Of a stretch of DNA of 64,000 nucleotides, positions 1 to 8,600 are shown one piece after another. The translations under genes and the position numbers were made by a program. Position 1 is the stretch's first letter, and the number at the start of each line of letters is the position of its first letter. Under the pieces are notes generated by a model, which had not been told where the DNA came from, did not search any database, and saw only the letters and a list, made by a program, of their open reading frames with translations. Location: positions 35,954 through 99,953 of the IMG/VR virus record IMGVR_UViG_3300021256_000006; one strand, given 5' to 3'. Source of the stretch: a virus.

Positions 1-2
1 TG

Positions 3-488
3 AGGGCTGCACATGAGAAATACCACCGCCTCTATGTTAGAGAAATGGAGAAGAGAGAAAAGGAAAGACGATTGCAGGAACTTATTGCCCGTTCCAAGCC
101 CTATGCACAACGCATTGCTCCATTCCTTTCTCTTGCCTGGCACACCGACCAGTATGCCGTGTTTGTCTGCCCATCGGTGGAAGATATGGTGGAGGAAGGA
201 CAGAAGATGCACCACTGCGTAGGCATTATGGGCTACGACAAGAAGCCCGACTCCCTCATCCTCTTCTGCCGCACTCCACAAGGAGAGCGTATCAGCACGA
301 TTGAGTACAGCATCAGTCGTGGCAAGGTGTTGCAAAACCGAGCCGCCTGCAACAAAGTTCCCCTCTATCTTGACGAGGTGAACAAGATGCTTGAAAAGGA
401 TGCAGAGCGCATCAGGTCTTGCAAACTTATCAGCATCAACAAAAACAAAGTTCAACCAGCAGCCGAGGCAATCGCCTTGGCTGCATAA
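3..488 (+). CDS. PcfJ-like domain protein, C-terminal part (5' end outside window)
   Basis: Reading frame is open to the window edge. Motif 'VEEGQKMHHCVG' resembles the conserved EG..M.HCV core recalled for PcfJ-like proteins of conjugative elements and phages. Confidence 0.5.
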   Translation, partial: RAAHEKYHRLYVREMEKREKERRLQELIARSKPYAQRIAPFLSLAWHTDQYAVFVCPSVEDMVEEGQKMHHCVGIMGYDKKPDSLILFCRTPQGERISTIEYSISRGKVLQNRAACNKVPLYLDEVNKMLEKDAERIRSCKLISINKNKVQPAAEAIALAA

Positions 489-499
489 TACTACGAATT

Positions 500-991
500 A
501 TGGCACACAGCAAAATTTTTCAAGTTAGCGAAGCTCCTATCGACAAGGACGACTTCAAAAGCTCGTATGATTATTGCGATAACCATCAAGAATTTGCCGA
601 CTGGATTGGCGATAACGTGGAAGATGAAGTAGAACGAAAAAAGTATATTGAGTATCTCGTCAAAGAATTGGATGGCACATTCTCCATGGGTGAGAATGAC
701 ACATTGGTGTTCAATGGTAAAAAGCCGCTCAACAAATTCTTGGAGGCATGGGCAAACAAACTACAAGAACTTGCTAAAAGCATAACGAAAGATACAATCA
801 CAAGCAGCTCTGCCCTTAGCGACCTTCGCCATGTGGCAAGCGACACTCACAAGAACTCCGACTATAGATTTGACATTGAGAGCTGGACGGGTTATGCCGC
901 ACCTCTCTGCGAATTTATTGACTTTATATCAAATAGGTTAAAGAAAGGCGACAAAGTTTACATCGGAGCAATTATTGATTTTCACTATTAA
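500..991 (+). CDS. hypothetical protein
   Basis: ATG at 500, just after the preceding stop, in the long ORF 419..991. No recognisable motif. Confidence 0.6.
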   Translation: MAHSKIFQVSEAPIDKDDFKSSYDYCDNHQEFADWIGDNVEDEVERKKYIEYLVKELDGTFSMGENDTLVFNGKKPLNKFLEAWANKLQELAKSITKDTITSSSALSDLRHVASDTHKNSDYRFDIESWTGYAAPLCEFIDFISNRLKKGDKVYIGAIIDFHY

Positions 992-1003
992 AAAACAACA
1001 ACT

Positions 1004-1165
1004 ATGGCAATACAAATTTCAATTTACAACCTGCGAACAAAGCAAAAGGATATTCGTTATATATATGACGAATCAAAAAATGTCGAGATTTGGAACGCTC
1101 AAAGAATACTCACAAATGAGACTTCGTGCAAAGGCTTTGATATGGTATTAACTGAAATTGTATAA
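1004..1165 (+). CDS. small hypothetical protein (53 aa)
   Basis: Hand-translated ORF below the track cutoff. It starts in the recurrent 'CAACTATGGCA' start context and fills an otherwise empty gap. Confidence 0.3.
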   Translation: MAIQISIYNLRTKQKDIRYIYDESKNVEIWNAQRILTNETSCKGFDMVLTEIV

Positions 1166-1215
1166 AGTATGGCAATACGTTATAAGAACCTGATAAGAGA
1201 TAAGGAGGAACAGTT

Positions 1216-1752
1216 ATGGATAAAGAAATGAGAAAAAGACTCGAAAAGTTTGGTCGAGTTGAGGAAGATTCAAAAACTTGGGTGCATCCTTGGGAAACCT
1301 ATTGGAGATTGTATTGCAAGAAACATCACGGCTTACTTGTAAAGATTCTTAGCAAGATGTACCCAGACTACACATTTTCACTGGGTGAGAGCCATATTTG
1401 CGGAACGATTTTCCAAGTAATCATAATAAACAAAAAAGGAATGACTATGGCAAAGAAAAAAATATGGCTTGTCACACAAGAAAGCAATGTGGACGGAGAA
1501 ATAACATTCAATGTGACGCCTTGCAAGGATTTAGGTACAGCCATCCGAACAATGAAGAAGGAAATAGACACAATCCTGGACGAGTCGCAAAAGTACAAGG
1601 ATGCCCGCAGATGGATGGAAGGTGACGACACACTCAACTACGACGATTGCCCCTTTGTATGGGAAAATGAAAACCATGACTCGTGGTATCTTAAAGTCAT
1701 TAACGATGACTACTACGAAGACTTACGAATTGAAGAAAAGGAAATAATTTAG
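1216..1752 (+). CDS. hypothetical protein
   Basis: 178-aa ORF preceded by 'AAGGAGGAACAG'. No recognisable motif. Confidence 0.6.
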   Translation: MDKEMRKRLEKFGRVEEDSKTWVHPWETYWRLYCKKHHGLLVKILSKMYPDYTFSLGESHICGTIFQVIIINKKGMTMAKKKIWLVTQESNVDGEITFNVTPCKDLGTAIRTMKKEIDTILDESQKYKDARRWMEGDDTLNYDDCPFVWENENHDSWYLKVINDDYYEDLRIEEKEII

Positions 1753-1764
1753 GAGGACAACACC

Positions 1765-2244
1765 ATGCTAATAGATTTAATTCTCAATCGCAAAGACGGT
1801 CAGCCCTACAACGCAAAGAAGTTCTATGATGCCGTAACTTCTTACCTCGACACTTTCCACTGCTACATCGGATTGGCAAGGGCGCTCGACGGTGGCGAAG
1901 AAGAGGACGTTATCACCGAACTCTGCGACTACATCAAAAGTGGAAACTACAACCTCAACATCTGCGACTACATCAGCAGCGTGAAGTGGTTGGAAGACGA
2001 CGAGCCAGAAAAGACAGAACAGCGTTCCGTTTGGCTACGCATTGGAGTGGTGGTAACAGGAACAGCGGAAGAAATCGAAGCCTTGTTCCAAGAAGAGGGT
2101 GCAGATAAAGCACTCCAAAAATTGCTTGACAACAAGCAATATGAGTTTGATGGCGACACTTACATCCCAGAATATTGTGTCGAAACCTACAATGAGGAAT
2201 ATCACACCGACCATGAAGTCGGTGAATACGAATTTAATGTATAA
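1765..2244 (+). CDS. hypothetical acidic protein
   Basis: 159-aa ORF preceded by 'TAGGAGGACAAC' and packed tightly after the previous stop. Confidence 0.6.
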   Translation: MLIDLILNRKDGQPYNAKKFYDAVTSYLDTFHCYIGLARALDGGEEEDVITELCDYIKSGNYNLNICDYISSVKWLEDDEPEKTEQRSVWLRIGVVVTGTAEEIEALFQEEGADKALQKLLDNKQYEFDGDTYIPEYCVETYNEEYHTDHEVGEYEFNV

Positions 2245-2300
2245 CTAAAAAAATATAACCAATAGGAACAGAAATAACAGTAAAGAAAACAACATTCGAG

Positions 2301-2516
2301 GTGGAGGGTTGCAAAGAGCCCTGCATTGAAGTAAGCAATGGCTATTGCATGGTAAGAATCAGCAAGTGCCACAGGCTGATAGGGCGGAGCTCGCTCTATA
2401 TAAGAGAGTATCTGGACGGCTTCTACAATGGAGAAGACGAGTTTACGGGCAACTTTGACTCGCTATCCGATGAAGATGCAATCAGGTTGGCCAGGCAATA
2501 CTCAGCATATCTATAA
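2301..2516 (+). CDS. hypothetical protein
   Basis: 71-aa ORF with a GTG start. The start is uncertain. Confidence 0.4.
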   Translation: MEGCKEPCIEVSNGYCMVRISKCHRLIGRSSLYIREYLDGFYNGEDEFTGNFDSLSDEDAIRLARQYSAYL

Positions 2517-2518
2517 TC

Positions 2519-2785
2519 ATGTTCCATTTAAACACCGACAAAACAATGAAGAAACATATCAAGAACGCAATTCAATACGTGAAAGAAAATCACGAATGGA
2601 GCGAAGCGTGTGAGCAACACGCATTGGAAATCATTGACAAATGCAGATGCCCTATTTCTCAGGCCTCCGACGAAATCACCTATGAAATTCAGCAGTTGAT
2701 GAATGACTACGGCGATGATCATGACTTGCCTGAAGGCTGGTGGATGGAAGATATAGACGAGGATGAAATATTTATGAGAATATAA
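2519..2785 (+). CDS. hypothetical protein
   Basis: 88-aa ORF abutting its neighbours on both sides. Confidence 0.55.
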   Translation: MFHLNTDKTMKKHIKNAIQYVKENHEWSEACEQHALEIIDKCRCPISQASDEITYEIQQLMNDYGDDHDLPEGWWMEDIDEDEIFMRI

Positions 2786-2786
2786 T

Positions 2787-3401
2787 ATGGAAAAGACAAT
2801 TATTCAGCAGTTCAATGAACTGAAAGAGAAGCACCCAACGGCAATCCTCCTGTTCCGGTGTGGCGACTTCTACGTAACCTACGAGGATGATGCTCAAATC
2901 TGTGCAAACGTGTTGGGCATCACCCTTACCAAACGAACAAGCGACGGCACTCGCACGGCAGGTTTTCCTTACCATGCTCTTGACACATATCTTCCCAAAT
3001 TGGTACGATACGTGAATCAACCCGAAAGCATTATGAAACGTATCGCTATCTGTGACCAGTTGGAAGACCCACAGACCCAAAAACTTGTGAAGCGAGGCAG
3101 TAACGAATTAACCAAACAAGGAGGACTAACAATGAAACTTTTCCACGATGTAGGCATTAACGAGCCTTGCCGTGACATCAAAGTCAACGGCAGAAAAATC
3201 ATGGCAAACGTGTGGGGAGGGCAGACGGAAGTCACCCTCACCACATGGAGCGAAATCCGACGACTGGGGTTCAAGAAAAGAGAGCGAGCCTTCGGCAACC
3301 TTAACGACGGAACTCCCGCACTCTACTTTCAAGCATGGGACGAACAAAACAATAACCACTGGTTTCTCACCACAGAGAAACTTGAAGAGCTGGAGGACTG
3401 A
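2787..3401 (+). CDS. MutS domain I (mismatch-binding domain)-like stand-alone protein
   Basis: The N-terminal ~110 aa ('[17 protein letters not shown]...GITLTKR...[16 protein letters not shown]...[10 protein letters not shown]') aligns by eye with the E. coli MutS N-terminus ('LLFYRMGDFYELFYDDAK...ISLTKRG...AGIPYHAVENYLAKLV...VAICEQIGDP'). No ATPase or clamp domains follow. Confidence 0.75.
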   Translation: MEKTIIQQFNELKEKHPTAILLFRCGDFYVTYEDDAQICANVLGITLTKRTSDGTRTAGFPYHALDTYLPKLVRYVNQPESIMKRIAICDQLEDPQTQKLVKRGSNELTKQGGLTMKLFHDVGINEPCRDIKVNGRKIMANVWGGQTEVTLTTWSEIRRLGFKKRERAFGNLNDGTPALYFQAWDEQNNNHWFLTTEKLEELED

Positions 3402-3403
3402 CA

Positions 3404-3532
3404 ATGACCTACAAACGATTTCACCGCATCATGAATGGTAGGAGTTACACCATCACAACCCACCAGCCTGACGTGCCGGACACACTCCGCATATCGAGAG
3501 ACAAAATGATTGTGTTTAACTATATCAAATAA
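3404..3532 (+). CDS. small hypothetical protein (42 aa)
   Basis: Hand-translated ORF. Its ATG lies just after the preceding TGA stop (3399-3401). Very short. Confidence 0.25.
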   Translation: MTYKRFHRIMNGRSYTITTHQPDVPDTLRISRDKMIVFNYIK

Positions 3533-3557
3533 ATTCATCATCTAAATCATCACAACT

Positions 3558-4658
3558 ATGGAAACTATGACAGCAAACGGAGTGACTTACTACCAAGATT
3601 GGGAAAAGTCAGAGGGTCACATCTATATGGTAAAGCCCAAGACCATCAATCGCTACATAAAAATTAAAGAAGAGCATCCACGAGAAGAAGCCTACGGTGT
3701 GTTTTTTGCTTTCAGCAAGGAACAGTTTCAGGAAGGCTACAAATCGCTGGTGCGACGTGGTTACATCAAGGATGGCGACAAGATAACACCCGGTGCTATG
3801 GGCATCTATGGCACCGCTGATGAAATAGCACGATTCTTCGATTTCTACAATGAACGAGACAAGCGCATCGCTAAGGAGTGCGACCCACAAGAGGTGTATT
3901 TCTACGAGTGGAACAACCACGAATGTATGTTTGGCGATGATGACGATGTGGTGAAACTCATTGCAGACTACTTCGGCAAGGAAGCAGCCCACAAAATTCA
4001 TCGGGTGGGAGGTGGAAGGGACATCAACATTCTTGTTCCAATTACCGAACGAGACCACCACCTGCAAGCCCATGAGCATGACATCCTGCTTCTCTCACGG
4101 CTGAAGTATGACTGCGAAGGATTCCTCAGCGAAGGTGACTGCCGACACGCCAGACCCAGTGACCTGTGGGCAAAGGATTTGAAAATGCAGATAAAAAAGA
4201 TGCGAGAGTTGTTAGGAGGACTGCCCGATGACATCAAGGGAGAATCGCCAGTTACCGAGTCTGACATTGACGACTACGAGAAGAGGATGGTTGACGAACT
4301 CTGCAAGGAATTTTCCAAACCCAAATACAATCCTGCACCTGATACAACATTTGACGAGTACCACAACGCAGAAATCAATGACGTAGATTTATATTACCAA
4401 GACGATGACGGGAAATGGCAACGACCTACCAATGTGTGGTTTTCCAATGATTCCAGACGCTGGCATCTCAATGATGCCAACACACACGGCAGAGCATTCA
4501 CATCCTACCTTGGCAAGCATGGCACCACGTTGGCTCCAGTCTATTACATGAGTTGGGGGTCATTGACGAGAAGGCCCTACGTCAACCAGAGATTCTGCAA
4601 CGTCACCGCCCGCTACGACCATGAATCCGAACGACTTTACGATTTTTACAGAGAATAG
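3558..4658 (+). CDS. hypothetical protein (possibly a polyvalent-protein-associated domain)
   Basis: 366-aa ORF preceded by the conserved leader AAATTCATCATCTAAATCATCACAACTATGG. No catalytic motif recognised. Confidence 0.65.
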   Translation: METMTANGVTYYQDWEKSEGHIYMVKPKTINRYIKIKEEHPREEAYGVFFAFSKEQFQEGYKSLVRRGYIKDGDKITPGAMGIYGTADEIARFFDFYNERDKRIAKECDPQEVYFYEWNNHECMFGDDDDVVKLIADYFGKEAAHKIHRVGGGRDINILVPITERDHHLQAHEHDILLLSRLKYDCEGFLSEGDCRHARPSDLWAKDLKMQIKKMRELLGGLPDDIKGESPVTESDIDDYEKRMVDELCKEFSKPKYNPAPDTTFDEYHNAEINDVDLYYQDDDGKWQRPTNVWFSNDSRRWHLNDANTHGRAFTSYLGKHGTTLAPVYYMSWGSLTRRPYVNQRFCNVTARYDHESERLYDFYRE

Positions 4659-4685
4659 AAACAACAATTCAAATTCATCACAACT

Positions 4686-5576
4686 ATGGCAAAAGATTTT
4701 ATCAAACAATGGGATGGCAGACGGCTTGAAGATTGGGGAAGTGTAGTTTCCAAGGAGTTCAACCAATTCCAAAACGCTTTCAAGCGTGAGGTGGAACGTC
4801 TGGCACAAGAGGGTGGGGCAAAGCTGGTGAGTTATAGCAAAGGGCATTACGATATGAGCGGTTTCATAGAAAAGGATGGAATCTATGTGTATTTCAGCTA
4901 TGGAGCACTTGACCGCACCAAAGTGCAACTCACATCTGCATCCGACTTTATCTCTCCACTCTTGATGCGAACGGCCAAGCATGAAAAGGATTTTAGTGGA
5001 GGGTCAAACAACCATATCCTCTTCACACAGTTCCTGCCCACCATGCAACGACTGTTTAAGCAACAGCAACCAAGTGTAGTCACTACACAACCCGAACCTG
5101 TAAAGGAGGTGAAACCAAGTGTAGTCACCCCACAAAAGAGTTTAGACCGACGCATCTATGACAAGCTGCTGGAATTGGCTCAATGGGAATTTGAACAGAA
5201 TATGGAACTTGTCGGGCTTCCCGTTACAATGACAGAAGCCACTTTCACACTGTATGAACTGACGCATGATAAACATTCCAAATATGGGCCATTTACCTTT
5301 GTGGAAAAAGACCGATGGAAAAAATTTCATATTGAAGAAGACAACTTTAAGTGTAACTTTTTATCAAGTGAAGTGTTTGCAATAGCCTATAAGTTTGAAA
5401 ATCTTTGCAACATCAAACCTAAAGACAAGGCTCGTTTCCATTACGAGAAAATGAAGAAACCGGCAACGCCACTTGTCAAACAATCTTTGACAACTGAAGC
5501 CATGTGGCTCCATTATGCTAACCTCTTCTTCCTTTTCTTCAACTTTAACCAAGCAGAGGCACAACAAGCTGCCTAA
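4686..5576 (+). CDS. hypothetical protein
   Basis: 296-aa ORF with the same conserved leader. The C-terminal 'HYANLFFLFFNF' is encoded by a degenerate promoter-like DNA element also seen at 6924-6972. Confidence 0.65.
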   Translation: MAKDFIKQWDGRRLEDWGSVVSKEFNQFQNAFKREVERLAQEGGAKLVSYSKGHYDMSGFIEKDGIYVYFSYGALDRTKVQLTSASDFISPLLMRTAKHEKDFSGGSNNHILFTQFLPTMQRLFKQQQPSVVTTQPEPVKEVKPSVVTPQKSLDRRIYDKLLELAQWEFEQNMELVGLPVTMTEATFTLYELTHDKHSKYGPFTFVEKDRWKKFHIEEDNFKCNFLSSEVFAIAYKFENLCNIKPKDKARFHYEKMKKPATPLVKQSLTTEAMWLHYANLFFLFFNFNQAEAQQAA

Positions 5577-5653
5577 CCCCCAGGGTGTGTGAGTGTAGCA
5601 AATATCTCACACATCCACTAATTTCAAATTCATCATCTAAATCATCAACAATT

Positions 5654-8600
5654 ATGGCAACAAAACTACAAAGGCTTCGCGACAACATCGAAGCCATCAG
5701 GCACGCCCTGACATCCCCGCATTACGATGCCGACATCATGAACAAGTACACGGGATTTGGCGGCATGACTTTTCTCCTCAACAACTTGGAGAAGAAATCA
5801 TGGAGCAAGACTGACAAGCCCTGCTATGACGACACCGTGAAACTGCGCCAGCTGCTGCATGACAAGAGCGAGAACGAGAAACAATACGAGGCATGGATAC
5901 AGAGTCTGAAGGCAAGCACATCTACCGCCTACTACACACCAAGGGAGATTCCTCAAACGCTCTTCGACAATCTCTACCACATGGCAAAAGGTTGGTACGA
6001 CAGCAACATCTATCCCAAAAAGGTGCTTGACCCATCAGCAGGAACTGGAGTCTTCATGTGCTCTGTCCTCCAAGCCTCTCTGGATTCCGGCAACATCCCT
6101 AAGCAAGTGGGCTACGAACTTGACCTACTCACAGGAACTATCCTCAAACAAAGACTCCTGGGGCATGACATCCGCATCAAGGGTTTTGAGACCATCCCGA
6201 ATGAAGACCTCGGCACATTCGACCTCGTGACCACCAATGTTCCCTTCGGCAACATCAACGTGTTTGACCCTCTCTACACCAATAGCAAGGAGCAAGTGAA
6301 AAGGGATGCAGCAAAGATGATCCACCGCTACTATGTGCTGAAAGGTCTTGATTGCCTCCGCAATGGAGGAGTGCTTGCCTACATCATCACCAGCAACTAC
6401 ATCAACCGTGACAACGACCAATTGGCAGAAGCGCTGAAGCACGCCAACCTCGTCACCGCCATCCGATTTCCGAACAACCTCTTCAAGGAGGCGGGAACAG
6501 AAGTAGGGACCGACCTTCTCATACTCCAGAAGGACGAGCACAAGCAAGCTCTCACAGAAGACGAGCAGCAACTCCTCACACCTATGGAAATGGACGATTG
6601 CCCAACCAACCTCTACTTCAACAATCATCCCGACCACATCATTGCCACCTCCACCGAGATAGGCACCGACCCCTACGGAAAGCCTGGCTATATCTACTAC
6701 CACAAAGACGGAGTGCAAGGCGTAGCCGCAGACATGGGCCGCTTGCTCAAAGCGGAATTGCCAAACATTGACAAGTCTGCCTTTCAAAAGGGCCCCTCAC
6801 TCTCTCCATCTTCCTCCCTTGCAGTCAGCGGTTCCCCCGCTGACACCACTTCCCCCGCTCCCACCGCCAAGCATCCCATTCCTAATTCCTCATTCCTCAT
6901 TCCTAATTCCGAACCCCTCTTCTTCCACTATGCCAACAAGTTTTTCCTCTTCTTCACCTTTGCACCAAGCAAGCATCAAGCACCTGCAAGCAAAGAACAG
7001 AAACTGAAAAACTTGCACAAGTTATACACCGACCTCTACAATTACGAGGCAAGCTATCAGAACGAGGACGAAGAAGGGCGCTGCAAGTTGAATGCTTCTT
7101 ATGATTTGTTCGTCAGGTCTTACGGTTTCCTGAACGATTCCAAGAATGCTTCTCTTGCCAAGCGTTTAGGCATTACCGACTTGCTTGCCATTGAGCGTTA
7201 CGAGAATGGCACATGGGTAAAGGCAGACATCATGCTGGCACCCGTCGCCTTCTCCACCGACGAGGAACCGAAAGCGAGCTCACCCCAAGAGGCATTGGCA
7301 GCATCGCTGAATAAATACGGAAAGCCCAATATTGATTATATGCTCTCCATCACCACCTGTACCCGTGACCAACTTCTCAGCGAACTGCATGACGAGGTGT
7401 TCCTCAACCCCATCAACGGGCAATACGAAGTCAGGGCAAAGTTCCTCAGCGGAAATGTGATTGAGAAGATTGATGCAATCGAAAAACTTTCAGCTTCTCA
7501 ACTGTCAACTGCGACCTGTCAACTTTCGCTGAAGGCTCTCAAGTCTGTCATCCCCGCTCCCATTCCTTTTGAGGAACTTGACTTCAACCTTGGCGAGCGC
7601 TGGATTGACTGCAAGGTGTATGAGCGCTTCGCCAACGACTTCTTCTCCATGCCTGGCAACACTCCCGACATCGAGGTGCGCTACAATCCTCTCCTCGACC
7701 AGTATGCAGCAGGTCTCAGGAAATGGGACTGGAATGAGAAGATACGCACTCAGTACGCGGTCAAGAGTGAAGCATCCAAGACGCTTGACGGACTTGAAAT
7801 ATTCACTCATGCCCTGCATAATACAATACCCAAGTTGATGAAGTATCAACGAGACAAGGAAGGGCGCATCATGACGGACGAGAACTACGATAAAATTAAA
7901 ATAGAGGACTCGGAGAATATGCAGTTGGCAGCAACCAAGATTGAAGAAATCAGACAGGCATTTGAGGAGTGGCTACGCCGACAGCCAAGGGAGTTCAGGG
8001 ATGATTTGGCCAGCGTATACAACCATCGCTTCAACTGCTTTGTCAAGCCTAAATATGACGGTAGCCATCAGACATTCCCGGACCTCAACATGAAAGGGCT
8101 GAAAGAAAAGTATGGCATTGACCACATCTACGACAGCCAAAAGGATTGCGTCTGGATGCTCTTGCTGAATGGTGGTGGCATCTGCGACCACGAGGTAGGA
8201 AGCGGAAAGACACTCATCATGTGTATTGCAGCCCACGAGATGAAACGTCTCGGACTGTGCCACAAGCCAATGATAATAGGCATGAAGGCCAACGTGAGTG
8301 CCATAGCAGAAACATATCGGACAGCATATCCCAATGCTCGCATCCTCTTCGCTACAGAGGCTGACTACTCGGCAAGCAACCGTATGGCGTTCTTCAACAA
8401 CGCCAAAAACAACGACTATGACTGCATCATCATGAGCCACGACCAGTTCGGACGTATTCCACAGAGCGAAAAAATACAGCTCGACATCATGTGCGACGAA
8501 CTGCGACAGGTAGAAGACAGTCTGACAGCAATGGAGGATTGGGGCTACAAAGTGACTTCAAAAATGCTCCGTGGATTGGAGATTAGAAAGCGCAACCTTC

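Noticed and set aside
5585-5653. The upstream extension of the methyltransferase-helicase ORF (the track starts at 5585).
   Set aside because: The extension translates the conserved non-coding leader (…SNSSSKSSTI) that is shared with genes 3558 and 4686. The ATG at 5654 sits in the same position relative to that leader.
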